Below, in pieces: positions 1-10,276 of a DNA stretch of 56,455 nt. Position numbers and translations under genes: made by a program. The notes under the pieces were generated by a model. The model made no database searches and had not been told where the DNA came from. It saw nothing but the letters and a program-made list of their open reading frames with translations. The first letter of the stretch is position 1. Each line of letters starts with the position of its first letter. The stretch is from a virus. Its lineage: Duplodnaviria > Caudoviricetes. Location of the stretch: positions 1-56,455 of the IMG/VR virus record IMGVR_UViG_3300035660_000010; one strand, given 5' to 3'.

Positions 1-957
1 GTTCTTTATCCATGATAACTCCTCATTCTTCTGTTGTAGTCGCAACATTTTATTCCTTTGCTTCGTTGCTAACATTTTCGCTACTATTTCAGGCGATTGT
101 GGTCTTCCTGGCTTACCCTTTTTGGCTGTTGATATCTTCATTTTAGACTCTTCTGAGTGAGTTCTTCCCTTGAAATACCCTGGGTGCCCCATTTTTGCGG
201 CCGATATTTTGGCCCTTGTTTCTTCAGACAAGACTCGTCCCCTCCAGAGGGCTGACAGCCTTGCCTTTGCCTTTTCTGAAAGGGGCCTTCCAGGACAACC
301 CTTTTTATGCTTGCCCATTTGACTCAAAGACATTTTCTTTCGAGTCTCTTCAGAACAGGGAGTGTGAAGTCTAACTTTTTGAAATGCTGATATCTTAGCC
401 TTTGCTTCTTCGGTATGATGTTTTCCCAGCATATATCCTGGCTTACCCTTTAGGGCTGCAGAAAGATTGGCTCGATGCTCTTCAGAGCGAAGAGGCTTAG
501 CTTTGCCCTTATTAGCCAATGATATTTTGGCTCGAGTCCCCATGGACAAGATCTTCCCCTCATGGGCTGCAGAGATTTTGGCTCTTGTTTCTGCAGAAAA
601 AACATGCCCTTTCCGAGCTATTGATAATTTCCTTCTAACCTCTTCACAGAGCTTACCATGAACCCCACCTCTTCGAAGATTGTACCCACTTGGGGCAAGG
701 GTATTAAAATGATCTATCATTTTATCTTCAATAAGATCTAAGTATTCCTGAGTACATTGAAGAGTAAAAACTCTCTCCACCTTTACATTATCTAAGCCAT
801 ACTTCCGCATAGCCCTATGAACCAGATATGAGCACCCTCTTTTGGTGCTAGATTGGTGTTGGCTTACTCTTTCTTCAATAGACTTCATAGTCTCTCCAAC
901 ATAACATTTCCCATTCGGAAATACGAGGCGATAAATATATCCTATTGAATCAGTCAT
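1..957 (-). CDS. GIY-YIG homing endonuclease with tandem NUMOD3 repeats (3' end runs off the window)
   Basis: Manual translation from ATG 957: MTDSIGYIYRLVFPNGKCYVGET...PSGYNLRRGG, then about 8 (H/S)EETRAKISAA-K-G-like repeats; no stop before position 1, so it is absent from the ORF track. Confidence 0.9.
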   Translation of the reverse strand, partial: MTDSIGYIYRLVFPNGKCYVGETMKSIEERVSQHQSSTKRGCSYLVHRAMRKYGLDNVKVERVFTLQCTQEYLDLIEDKMIDHFNTLAPSGYNLRRGGVHGKLCEEVRRKLSIARKGHVFSAETRAKISAAHEGKILSMGTRAKISLANKGKAKPLRSEEHRANLSAALKGKPGYMLGKHHTEEAKAKISAFQKVRLHTPCSEETRKKMSLSQMGKHKKGCPGRPLSEKAKARLSALWRGRVLSEETRAKISAAKMGHPGYFKGRTHSEESKMKISTAKKGKPGRPQSPEIVAKMLATKQRNKMLRLQQKNEELSWIKN

Positions 958-970
958 TACCTTCCAACTC

Positions 971-2641
971 CTACGTGAGGCGCACTTGGGAGGTCATTAT
1001 GATCCCACGATAGCTGTCATCATGGGTCTTGTTCCACTCCAAATGTGCTCTTGTGCAAACTCCAGCCTTTCTTGTAATCTTGCTGCACTTTTCATGAAGC
1101 AAATTGCAATAATCAGAGGCTGACTTGTGCATAGACGAAATTGTTATCCCACGTGGCTTATAGTACTTACATTCACCACAACGGGTACTATAATCAGCCG
1201 AAGCTTGTGCAATCCATTCCTGATAATCAGCAACCGCTGTATTATGAGCATCAGTGCCAAACTTATCTTGAATTAGATGGAGCGCCTCTCTGGCTACGTT
1301 GTGCTTGCGATCAAATGTTGCTGCGTGAATAACCTTACGAAGGCTGTTGTAATCCATCTCGACAAATGCAGCGCTGTAGCGTGGTACTTCAACTAACTCT
1401 TCCTTGTCCAACATTGCAGCGACTTGATGTGGTTCAATATTGCGAACTTCACCATCATCGGCAACAAACTGCGAAGGGAACAATACATTACCCTCAGCAA
1501 CTTCTACTGGCACCGAAACCTCAACCTTGCCCTTCTTTGTCCATAATGTGGCATCAAAGAACATACCCTTGTTATGATCACCAGCAAAACGAACATCACT
1601 CTTGTATCCAATCTGTTTGAACTCGTTTGAAACTAGGCTGCGGCCAAGACCAATTGTCTGTTCATTGTATCGAGAGTCCTTACGGATAATAGCATCTTCT
1701 AGAATAGCCTCAACGTCAGCCAGTTCTGGGCTGATTGTGGAGAGTTTGGGAGGAACAATCTCTTCCACGTATGCCTGAACTTCATCAACTTCAATCGCTG
1801 CTGCCTTAGTGGGCTCGCGAACAACATCTGAAGTATAATTGTGTCGAATAGCATCAGCAGCATTCAAATCTGACGTCCTGCGATCTTCAATGGCATCATT
1901 GACCAACTTTTCAACACCTGCTTCATTGAATGCATAGGTTGTCTTACCCGAAATGTCTGCGAACAGCTCAGGAACTTCAGGCTGTTCATTCTCAACCACC
2001 AGTGGAACATTGATATGTATTGTCCCTGCAGTAGTAGGGAATGAGGCAAGGTATAGCAAGCCCTTGGTAGAACCAAACTTGAGCGAGGTTCGTATGTTAG
2101 TACAACCAAGTGCTTCAAGTTGGCTCTTCACGAGCTCACTGCCTGCTTTGATTAGTTCGGGCTTATGAGCTGCAAGAGCAGGAGTAGGCACAACCTTCTC
2201 CACACCTAGCACCTCCACAGGCTGCTCAAGAGCTGCCTGGTACTCGTCCACCTCGATCGCATCCTTGGTGGCAGTCGTTAGGTCGCGCTCTACATTTGAG
2301 TAGGGAATACGCTTCTTTGCGAAGGCATTCTTTGCCGCTATCTTTGCCTCTTCACTCATGGGGAGAATGTCTGTAAATATCTCCCTGAAGGGTGTCTGAG
2401 GATTGAGTCCCACAAAGCTATTGTATAACTTAGAGACTTCTTCCGCAGTTATCATACGACTTGGTTCTTTCTTGGCTATCTTTTCAATAGCGCCACCCAC
2501 ATTACGAATAACGGGGTCATGACGATACTTATCCTCGACACTCGCGAATCGCTGGACTAGATCGCTGGCCGCAAAGGTCCTAAACGTATCTAGTGCTAGC
2601 AAATCAACCAGGCCCTGGATAATCTCATTTGTGTTATCCAT
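971..2641 (-). CDS. Hypothetical 556-aa protein with an internally duplicated domain and Cys-rich C-terminus; possible virion protein
   Basis: Long ORF; two similar ~70-aa segments (G.ELV.S.L..LG...VP..VE...P..F.D); C-terminal CGEC..C..C..C. Confidence 0.7.
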   Translation of the reverse strand: MDNTNEIIQGLVDLLALDTFRTFAASDLVQRFASVEDKYRHDPVIRNVGGAIEKIAKKEPSRMITAEEVSKLYNSFVGLNPQTPFREIFTDILPMSEEAKIAAKNAFAKKRIPYSNVERDLTTATKDAIEVDEYQAALEQPVEVLGVEKVVPTPALAAHKPELIKAGSELVKSQLEALGCTNIRTSLKFGSTKGLLYLASFPTTAGTIHINVPLVVENEQPEVPELFADISGKTTYAFNEAGVEKLVNDAIEDRRTSDLNAADAIRHNYTSDVVREPTKAAAIEVDEVQAYVEEIVPPKLSTISPELADVEAILEDAIIRKDSRYNEQTIGLGRSLVSNEFKQIGYKSDVRFAGDHNKGMFFDATLWTKKGKVEVSVPVEVAEGNVLFPSQFVADDGEVRNIEPHQVAAMLDKEELVEVPRYSAAFVEMDYNSLRKVIHAATFDRKHNVAREALHLIQDKFGTDAHNTAVADYQEWIAQASADYSTRCGECKYYKPRGITISSMHKSASDYCNLLHEKCSKITRKAGVCTRAHLEWNKTHDDSYRGIIMTSQVRLT

Positions 2642-3731
2642 TGGAAAACTCCTCCTTTTCCCTAGAAGATGCTATTCGTTGTATTATTCTACAACGTCTT
2701 TTTCTGTTTGCTACAATGTTCAATTTTTCTAAAAGTGTTTCTCGTCTCGATGTCCTCACAGGAGATGGCGTAATCGGACGTGGTGGCTTTTGTTGCCTGA
2801 CGTCCTCTTGCACCTGCTCCCTAATGGCTGCTGTTTCACCAACTTGCCGTACTGGCTCACTCAACCTTTGCATGGCGACCTGTAAGGACTTTATAGCAGG
2901 AATCAAAAATGCCCTATTACCACTTGTGATAAACTGGCCCGGATATTCACCAAAACCGAACATAGCCTCAAGCGCACTTACCTCATCACCGAGTGCTTCT
3001 TGTAATGTGGGACTAACTTTTCGTGCCCTATCTGACTTCAGCTTCCCAACTATATTATTAGATGCCTCCAGTATAGGGCTGTTAGCCGAAAAGTATGTAG
3101 TTATCAGTTCCATTATTTCCTTAGTTATCTGCTCTACCTGTTCAATCAGTGTATCCAACTCTTTTACCTGAGCAATTTTGTGTAGACTAGATCTTACCTT
3201 TATGTCCTCCATTTTCGGTAGATCTCTAAATAGTTCAGGATGGCTTTTAGAAATTTCACGCATTCTTTCCATCTCGTCGGCTGTTGGCTTTCCATAGAAA
3301 GTTTCTGGACGAAGCCTATATCGCTCGTATTCTTTCTCACGTTGTCTTTTCTCATACTCTAATGGGAAATGTTCCCTGTACCATCTGCTCTCCTGTACTA
3401 AATTCTTCAATGCTTCAAACCAGGTTTGCTCAACTTTCTTTGCAATGTCTATTCCATTTCTGGCAACATTGTTCAATCGACCAATCCAACTTCTTGCCTG
3501 GGCAATTTCTTGAAGAGCTCTTGTGATATTCTCTTGTACAATATCCTCTTCTCGTATGATTTCTTCCATGTCCTGACTTGTCTCATTAGGTGAAACGGCA
3601 GCCTTGACACCACTAATAAGAGCTTCTTTCCCACTTTCCAGGCTACGCAGAACTTCTTCAAGTTGTTTAAGTAATCTTTCCAACTCTGCCTGTACAAGCG
3701 TCAGTGTTTTTGTTAATTGTCCTGCTGCCAT
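2634..3731 (-). CDS. Hypothetical helical/coiled-coil protein, possible virion protein
   Basis: 365-aa ORF in a coupled run downstream of the putative phage promoter at about 6000. Confidence 0.65.
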   Translation of the reverse strand: MAAGQLTKTLTLVQAELERLLKQLEEVLRSLESGKEALISGVKAAVSPNETSQDMEEIIREEDIVQENITRALQEIAQARSWIGRLNNVARNGIDIAKKVEQTWFEALKNLVQESRWYREHFPLEYEKRQREKEYERYRLRPETFYGKPTADEMERMREISKSHPELFRDLPKMEDIKVRSSLHKIAQVKELDTLIEQVEQITKEIMELITTYFSANSPILEASNNIVGKLKSDRARKVSPTLQEALGDEVSALEAMFGFGEYPGQFITSGNRAFLIPAIKSLQVAMQRLSEPVRQVGETAAIREQVQEDVRQQKPPRPITPSPVRTSRRETLLEKLNIVANRKRRCRIIQRIASSREKEEFSNG

Positions 3732-3732
3732 G

Positions 3733-5193
3733 TTATGCTCTGTAGTTTAGTAATTCGTTGAACTTGGATAATACTTTATTAAAGGCCTGTGCTGACGTTT
3801 CCTCTCCTCGAGTTTCCGGAGTCAATACGTAGTTGAGCACCTGTATCATCTTCACCATATATTGCTCGTGCCATAAATCCCATATGACCTGATCTTTGGT
3901 CCTATGCCACTCTTGAGTTAAGGGAAAGAGATCTCTTTCCACAGCATCTAAGGCTCTTTCTGTGGCTCTAATATCGCGCTCAACCTCATCCTTTAAGTCG
4001 GTGATATTCATGTTAATAATGGTAAATGCTTGTGCTGCCGCCTTAGGATTGACCATCTTACTCAGATAATTTGAAAAAGATGTAGTTTGGTTTATATCTG
4101 ACCTTTTCTTATATCTATCCAACCAAGTCTCAAGAGTCGACATCTGACCCATGATCAATTCATATCTTCGGCGCTTGTTTTGAATGTGGGACACCTTTTC
4201 AGGCATTAGATAAGTGCTGGGCTCTCTCTTGATTTGAAGCTCAAACTCTTTGAATGTGGGAATCATAACAGTAGGAAATTCATATTGCGCTGCATCAGCC
4301 TGTAGGCGTTGAGCACGTTCTATTAATTCTTCTGTGTGTCGCTCAACATCCCTTTTCCTTATAAGTTCAGTCTCGAACTTTTTTCTTTGGGCTCTTCCTT
4401 CTGTAAGCTCAACTTCCTGAGCAATATCCAGCCGTTCTCTTGCCTCTTCTTCCACTATGTTCTGACGCACAAAAGGAATAACGTCGCCCTTTTTGAATGC
4501 CCCCACAACCAAGCGATAAATAGGTAAACCAAACTCAACTTTTCGAGGAAAGATTGACAATAATTGTTCTACTAATTTCTTTACCTCACTTTCATTGAGT
4601 TGCCTAATGGCAACTTCGATGTTTCCTAATACCTGCAAGGCATCTTGTAAAATCGGTTCAATCGCTGTATCTATATCCTTCCCCAACTGCTTCTGACTAC
4701 GTACGTGTACCACCAAACGACCAACCATTCTTTTCACCTGCTCAACTGCACTTAGCCCTTCTCTAATACCCTGTTGTTCCGAGCGAGTAGAAAAAATGCC
4801 TTGTAACATTTGAGATAGGTTGATTACTTCGGTAATAAATTTACGATATCCCGTTTCACCCTTGGTACCCTTGTACGTCCTATCAAGATTGGGTAGCAAG
4901 AATTGCTCAATAAACGCCTTGAGATGTTTCTGTATGTCTTCAATGGCTGCCTGACGAGATAGTCCCATTAGCCGAGTACCTGTAATTGGAAAAGTTAGAT
5001 CTTCTGATATTACTTCACCTGACTTGTACTTCCTAAGAGCCAACATGATTTTTGCCAATTGTGCCAAGAATGGTTTTTCTTTATATGCAAGAGCATCAGC
5101 CCTCTTTCGAAGGATTCTATCGAGGACATCTGCTTCCCTGTGTAGCCCCAAAGAATCCAACATGTCAGCAACATCAAGAAGGCAATGTGTCAT
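3733..5193 (-). CDS. Hypothetical 486-aa protein with N-terminal L..AD.LD..GL..EAD.LD..L.K.A leader; possible internal virion protein
   Basis: ORF; the leader resembles one I recall from large uncultured phage proteins (not verified). Confidence 0.6.
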   Translation of the reverse strand: MTHCLLDVADMLDSLGLHREADVLDRILRKRADALAYKEKPFLAQLAKIMLALRKYKSGEVISEDLTFPITGTRLMGLSRQAAIEDIQKHLKAFIEQFLLPNLDRTYKGTKGETGYRKFITEVINLSQMLQGIFSTRSEQQGIREGLSAVEQVKRMVGRLVVHVRSQKQLGKDIDTAIEPILQDALQVLGNIEVAIRQLNESEVKKLVEQLLSIFPRKVEFGLPIYRLVVGAFKKGDVIPFVRQNIVEEEARERLDIAQEVELTEGRAQRKKFETELIRKRDVERHTEELIERAQRLQADAAQYEFPTVMIPTFKEFELQIKREPSTYLMPEKVSHIQNKRRRYELIMGQMSTLETWLDRYKKRSDINQTTSFSNYLSKMVNPKAAAQAFTIINMNITDLKDEVERDIRATERALDAVERDLFPLTQEWHRTKDQVIWDLWHEQYMVKMIQVLNYVLTPETRGEETSAQAFNKVLSKFNELLNYRA

Positions 5194-5195
5194 AA

Positions 5196-5921
5196 TTACT
5201 TCTTCTTTGCGATTAGTCCCTGAGGTGTTTGCACGAGCTCGATGACTTCCTTATCTTCGTACTCTCGTGCCTTATCAAGTGAAAGTTCACCCTGATACAA
5301 ACTACCTACATAAAAAGGAACTCCTCCTTTTTCTTTACCAGCTGGTGCCACAGGATTTTCATGCATATCAGTAATGCGTGTCTTATATGTCTTCTGAGCG
5401 GTGATATTCTGTGGAACACAACCAGGTGTATTGCATAGGATTGCATCTTTTCCGATATAAACCGGGCGACCACCACAATCCGGGCACTTGCCTGTAGCAT
5501 TGGCAATCAATGCTCTCACAAAATTCACATCCTGCGTCTTTTCCATAACATACTTTCGGAAAAGTTCGACTGTGCTCCTATCAAATCCATAAACCTTACC
5601 AGCAAACTTGCAAATGGGCATACCGCGAAAAGAAAGAGTAATTGATTCTCTTGTAGAATCTGTATTGGCAGCCCAGTCCTTTTGAGACTCTGCTGTGAGG
5701 CCAGTTTCAGGCTCGGCCCTAATGATGTAGTCGTTGCCGTCCTCACCCTTTTGAAGTTGCCAGATACAACTATCAATGGTGTCCCTAAAAAGATTGACCC
5801 CAATTTGAGCAAATCGAGGATTGGCCAACGCTTCCTTCAAAAGTATTTTACCTTTTGACGCCTCTCTTTTCATGAACTGACCCAGCTGGTTCAGGTCCAA
5901 TTCTAACTCTCTTCTCGGCAT
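5196..5921 (-). CDS. Hypothetical protein with CPDC...C..C zinc ribbon
   Basis: 241-aa ORF with GGAG SD-like sequence upstream. Confidence 0.7.
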   Translation of the reverse strand: MPRRELELDLNQLGQFMKREASKGKILLKEALANPRFAQIGVNLFRDTIDSCIWQLQKGEDGNDYIIRAEPETGLTAESQKDWAANTDSTRESITLSFRGMPICKFAGKVYGFDRSTVELFRKYVMEKTQDVNFVRALIANATGKCPDCGGRPVYIGKDAILCNTPGCVPQNITAQKTYKTRITDMHENPVAPAGKEKGGVPFYVGSLYQGELSLDKAREYEDKEVIELVQTPQGLIAKKK

Positions 5922-5995
5922 CCTTATCTCCTTGTTGTGTGCATAGTTATAAACTATCTCAAACTGCGGCAGACTCCAAATAGAGGAGCATACCC

Positions 5996-6017
5996 TTATT
6001 ATGGTCGAATATCGATA
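5996..6017 (-). promoter_or_regulatory. Putative phage promoter TATCGATA-N8-TAATAA
   Basis: Same 8-mer and spacing recur in intergenic gaps at 32535, 38988 and 55681. Confidence 0.55.
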
Positions 6018-6086
6018 GTTATAGATTGATTTTCACATTTTTGATATGGAAGCTGATATGCATTTTATATTTGGAAGGGCCGTTTT

Positions 6087-6647
6087 TTAGGGTACAGGTG
6101 GATCTTTGTCGCGTTGGTCATCAAACTGAATAAACCAATCATCAAACTTTTTGAGATAGTTGATTGCTATATCCACATCATCTTTTTCCAACGTCTTGAG
6201 ATCTTGAAGTATTTGCCGACACATTGTATCACGCAAACACAACTTTCTTAGCTTTCGCTCAATGCCCCCATGATGCTTGCCATGTATCTTTGACTTAATA
6301 CCTTTTATTGCATAGGCAATGCTGGTGTATCCAGATCTATCACTTGAATATTGTTCCCCCAGGATTGTGGCAATCTCTTGATAAGTCTTGCCTTTGCGCA
6401 TGAGGAAAAATACTTTCTTTTGATGAGCAGTGAAGAAATCCTCTACCAACTGAAGAAGACGTTGGAATAGAGTGTGTCGAGCCTTTTCACGTGCTTCTTT
6501 GATAATTGCAACTTGTTCTGCTCGATGTGGATTTTGTTCCGGTCCAACATAATTATTCAGATCTCTTGGATCACAACAAATTTCCTTCCACTTAAACTGA
6601 CCATAAAATTCATTCTCGTCGTTAGGATCAAAATGCGGTGTTTTCAC
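6087..6647 (-). CDS. Sigma-70 region-4-like HTH DNA-binding protein
   Basis: FTAHQKKVFFLMRKGKTYQEIATILG matches the region 4/LuxR HTH pattern. Confidence 0.65.
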   Translation of the reverse strand: MKTPHFDPNDENEFYGQFKWKEICCDPRDLNNYVGPEQNPHRAEQVAIIKEAREKARHTLFQRLLQLVEDFFTAHQKKVFFLMRKGKTYQEIATILGEQYSSDRSGYTSIAYAIKGIKSKIHGKHHGGIERKLRKLCLRDTMCRQILQDLKTLEKDDVDIAINYLKKFDDWFIQFDDQRDKDPPVP

Positions 6648-6667
6648 CTTCTTCTCCTCATTTGATT

Positions 6668-7396
6668 CTATATAGCACTTAAAATCAATTCTTTATATGC
6701 TTCGTATCCTTGAGATTGGAGAAAGGAATCGACATCATCACCATCTGGCAACTTTGCAATAGTGATATTGACATTCTTCACTTCCCTGAGCTTCACCTTC
6801 TCTATTTTCTCCGAAGCGTTTCGTCCTGCTTCATCACCATCAAATACTATGATTATATTCTTTGCAAAACGAGATAACATCTTTACATGTTGTGCTGACA
6901 GAGCAGAGCCAACTGCTCCTACCGTGTTGGCAAAACCAAATTGATGTGAAACGATTACATCAAACTGACCCTCTACTACAATGGCTGTTTCTTGTTGACG
7001 TATGGTAGAAAGAGCCTTGTCGAGCCCATATAGAAATGAGCCCTTCCCAAAGGAAACATGCCAGTACTTGCGTAGGTTCTTACTTTTAATTACTTCATTT
7101 GATTGCATAGGACGAAAAGAGATTGAGACCACTTTCCCATATTGATTTATGAATGGAAACACAATGCTGTTGCGAATAAAACAGCAAACCTTTCCCTCTT
7201 CGGTTTCGAATATTACACCTTCCTTCAATAGGTTATCCTTACCTATTGTGTCGACCAACTCTTCAACCTCAAAAGGACAATATCCAAGTTCAAACCTCTG
7301 AATGAATTCGTCGCTGACACCTCGACCATAGAGATAACGAAGTGCAGCATCATTTAGCTTGTCTTGACAGTACTGGGCAACAGCCTTTAGTGTCAT
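6668..7396 (-). CDS. dnaG: DNA primase catalytic core (TOPRIM), no Zn-binding domain
   Basis: YLYGRGVS..FELGY, IVFPF, VVEGQFDV, FDGDEAG, LPDGDDVD motifs. Confidence 0.9.
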   Translation of the reverse strand: MTLKAVAQYCQDKLNDAALRYLYGRGVSDEFIQRFELGYCPFEVEELVDTIGKDNLLKEGVIFETEEGKVCCFIRNSIVFPFINQYGKVVSISFRPMQSNEVIKSKNLRKYWHVSFGKGSFLYGLDKALSTIRQQETAIVVEGQFDVIVSHQFGFANTVGAVGSALSAQHVKMLSRFAKNIIIVFDGDEAGRNASEKIEKVKLREVKNVNITIAKLPDGDDVDSFLQSQGYEAYKELILSAI

Positions 7397-7716
7397 GACT
7401 TTGTAAACAGCCCACGATTCTTCATTGTTTCGCGCATGAATGGAGACACATTCAACATCTCACCACACACAGAACAAACCACAACATCCTTCTCACGGGA
7501 AACAAGACCCTGTCTGCACTCTGCACACTTCTGGCAGGCAAACGCAAAGCTTTGTTTTTCATCTTCAACATATTGTCGTAGATTCTTCATTGCATTTACT
7601 GCTTGTGGCGTGATTCTTTCAATCACCTCTCCACAATCTGAACAAATCGGCTTGCCAGTCTTCTTATTGATCCTGGCATCTGTCGTCTGATTGCACTTAT
7701 CACATAAAATTAGCAT
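7393..7716 (-). CDS. Double zinc-ribbon protein
   Basis: CDKC/CSDC and CQKC/CSVC; ATGA overlap with dnaG. Confidence 0.7.
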   Translation of the reverse strand: MLILCDKCNQTTDARINKKTGKPICSDCGEVIERITPQAVNAMKNLRQYVEDEKQSFAFACQKCAECRQGLVSREKDVVVCSVCGEMLNVSPFMRETMKNRGLFTKS

Positions 7717-7718
7717 TC

Positions 7719-7859
7719 TTACTCCTTACCTTTCAGATAACCTGCCTTTTCAAATTGCCGAATCTTACAATACGAACCCAACCCCCAACCAACGACAAAG
7801 GAAACGAAGCTGCACCAAAGAAGCATAAAAAGAAGTAGAAACAATTCTCCTCCATCCAT
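7719..7859 (-). CDS. Small membrane protein (46 aa)
   Basis: Manual translation MDGGELFLLLFMLLWCSFVSFVVGWGLG...; exactly fills the gap. Confidence 0.6.
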   Translation of the reverse strand: MDGGELFLLLFMLLWCSFVSFVVGWGLGSYCKIRQFEKAGYLKGKE

Positions 7860-7861
7860 TC

Positions 7862-8950
7862 TTACTCTCCTAATTTCAGGAACTCTTCGTCCTTACCAAT
7901 AATTTCGTTAGAATCATCGATATCGTCACCTTTTTCATCAGCAGGTGGAGCTGTTTTGACACCTTCACGCATTGCTGCTATTATTTGAGACTCCAGCTCT
8001 TTTACTGCCTTTGGATTAGTTTCTAAGTATTCAGCAACCTTATCCTTACCAGTCAGCTTCTCACTACCAACTATATATGTTTTGTTATTGGGTCTCTGAA
8101 TTACTCCACATTGAAGTCCAACAGATAGGATCTCATCTACCTTATCGATTCCTTCAGTGTACTTGACCAAAAACTCAACTGAGATACCTTGTGCTGTTGA
8201 GACTTTGTTTTTCTTCACCTTTGCTCGAATTCGATGACCAATGACTCGATCGAGACTATCTTTTATTTCAGAACTTCCAACCTTTCCTACACCTATCCTC
8301 ACCGATGCGGTATGTTTAAGACAACGCCCACAGGGGGTCGTCTCGGTGGCTCCAAACATGACACCAATTTTATCTCGCAACTGATTTATAAACAAACAGG
8401 TTGTTCCTTTTTGATGAAGAAGAGGAACAAGTTGTCGCAGAGCAGCAGTAAGAATCTTGGCCTGTACCCCTATTGTTGCCTCACCAACCTCTTTCTCGGA
8501 TTCTGCCTTTGTTGGTGAGCTCGCCACAGAATCCCAGACGATTAGTCCTACTTCACCTGTTTTTGCGAATAGCAGAATTTGATTCAACGCATCCTCGAAA
8601 AACTCTGGCTTGGTAATAAGCAGTGAATCATTTACCTTGATTCCAAGACGCTTTGCCCAGTTTGGATCGAATGTGTGCTCGCTATCAATGTACGCACAAA
8701 TCATCCCCGCTTCTTGCGCCTTTTTGATTGCCATAAGACACAAGAAACTCTTTCCGGATGCCTCCGGACCTGACACCTCGATCAGACGCCCCTTCGGGTA
8801 CCCACCGACCAACAAAGCAGCATCAAGTGCCAAACTTCCCGATGAGATCGTTTCTACATTTGCCATGATTTTTTCGTCAGCCCGAAAAACCGAAGTTTCA
8901 CCATATTTTTCTTTCATTTTCTTCAACGCAGATTCAAGTTCCTTACCCAT
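7862..8950 (-). CDS. recA: RecA recombinase
   Basis: SSGSLALDAAL, GPEASGKS Walker A, FINQLRDKIGVMFG, KVKKNKV. Confidence 0.97.
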   Translation of the reverse strand: MGKELESALKKMKEKYGETSVFRADEKIMANVETISSGSLALDAALLVGGYPKGRLIEVSGPEASGKSFLCLMAIKKAQEAGMICAYIDSEHTFDPNWAKRLGIKVNDSLLITKPEFFEDALNQILLFAKTGEVGLIVWDSVASSPTKAESEKEVGEATIGVQAKILTAALRQLVPLLHQKGTTCLFINQLRDKIGVMFGATETTPCGRCLKHTASVRIGVGKVGSSEIKDSLDRVIGHRIRAKVKKNKVSTAQGISVEFLVKYTEGIDKVDEILSVGLQCGVIQRPNNKTYIVGSEKLTGKDKVAEYLETNPKAVKELESQIIAAMREGVKTAPPADEKGDDIDDSNEIIGKDEEFLKLGE

Positions 8951-8968
8951 AATTTACTCCTTCTTACA

Positions 8969-9238
8969 TTATCCTCTGTTTTCTATCTTCTTTTTTACAT
9001 TCTCCCAAAATATAATCTTTTTGAATTCCCATTTATACAACATGGCTCGACTATAGAGACCCAGAGAACTCCAACCGATGCAACCACCAATCTTATAATC
9101 ATTGGCATCTTTAATTGTTCGTAGTTGCCACTGGAAACCCAACCTTCCTATACAAAGAACTATGTACCTTTCATTTTCATATTTGCCAAGAAATTTGTCT
9201 CCCCAGCACCTGAATGGTCTCCATTTGCAATTAAACAT
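8969..9238 (-). CDS. Hypothetical protein
   Basis: Start moved to ATG 9238 after the GGAG in the upstream EW-stop junction. Confidence 0.6.
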   Translation of the reverse strand: MFNCKWRPFRCWGDKFLGKYENERYIVLCIGRLGFQWQLRTIKDANDYKIGGCIGWSSLGLYSRAMLYKWEFKKIIFWENVKKKIENRG

Positions 9239-9239
9239 A

Positions 9240-9425
9240 TTACCACTCCAACTCATTCAAAATATAATAAACATAATCTTTGCAGCATATGCCGCGCTCA
9301 CTTGCCCAAAAATCCTCCATGCATTTCATGCTGCAAAATCCATGTCCATGTGGAGCAAAGACTGGTTGCTCAAATGGTGTGCCACAAAGTGTACACCGGT
9401 CAATTTGAGTCTTCCACTTTACCAT
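9240..9425 (-). CDS. Small Zn-finger protein, W-tail family (ILNELEW*)
   Basis: CTLC...FCSMKC; GGAG SD before ATG 9425. Confidence 0.7.
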   Translation of the reverse strand: MVKWKTQIDRCTLCGTPFEQPVFAPHGHGFCSMKCMEDFWASERGICCKDYVYYILNELEW

Positions 9426-9463
9426 CTTCAATTCTCCAAAAAATGTATCTTACAAGATGATAT

Positions 9464-10276
9464 CTATACTTTTGGATTATTGTCATTCGTTTCTTTGCTT
9501 TTCTTTATATCCCCATGAGTAATGAGTTTAGTACAATGGGGGCATTTCATAATAACATCCCCTGCTGTGTCTCTCCACCATTGAGAGTCAGCTTTTGTGA
9601 GAGGGTCTACGTCAGGCAGGTCATTTTCTAACCTGTGTAGTTTCCCATAATAATGAGACTTTTCTTTATTGGTGAGCCTATGATGATTACCCCTGTACCA
9701 CTCCGTGAGTTCAGAGATAGTGCTGGTACTATTGATAACATCCATAGGATGAAGAGCCTTCAAGGGACCCCTTTTTTCAATCAGGGGAATTAATTTGTCT
9801 AATGATACAGCCACAAATATTTCATTATAATCCTGCCAAAGAAAACAAACTGAATCTTCATCGTCAAACCAGCTCCGATGAAAGGTAAATTGTGTGCCAC
9901 CAGTAGCCATATAGCGTGGGGCTGCAACAAAGGTAGGGTCTAATGATTTGTAAAATATTTCGGAGAGAAGGGCATAGTGTGGACTGCGACCAAAAGCAAA
10001 AACCAGAAACTCATCATTACCAAAGTCAATCTTCCCTATCCACTTTCTTTGAAGCTTATGCGTCTTATCTTCGGCTGTTTTCTTACATTCAATCTGCAAG
10101 AAAATCCCATCTTTTGAAGCACGAACATCGTGTTTTCCAGTCGTCTCGGCTACCTGTTCGCTCGCTCCTGAAAGAGGATTGCGGTGTGCATCCCACCCCA
10201 TTCCCTGTAGTGTATTGCGTACTCGATATTCATATGCGGTCCCTCTTCCTTTTGGTGCCGCACCACCGGGGCTCAT
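9464..10276 (-). CDS. Holliday junction resolvase, Hjc-type PD-(D/E)XK, with C-terminal extension
   Basis: KGRGTAYEYRV...SGAS...HDV...QIECK. Confidence 0.75.
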   Translation of the reverse strand: MSPGGAAPKGRGTAYEYRVRNTLQGMGWDAHRNPLSGASEQVAETTGKHDVRASKDGIFLQIECKKTAEDKTHKLQRKWIGKIDFGNDEFLVFAFGRSPHYALLSEIFYKSLDPTFVAAPRYMATGGTQFTFHRSWFDDEDSVCFLWQDYNEIFVAVSLDKLIPLIEKRGPLKALHPMDVINSTSTISELTEWYRGNHHRLTNKEKSHYYGKLHRLENDLPDVDPLTKADSQWWRDTAGDVIMKCPHCTKLITHGDIKKSKETNDNNPKV

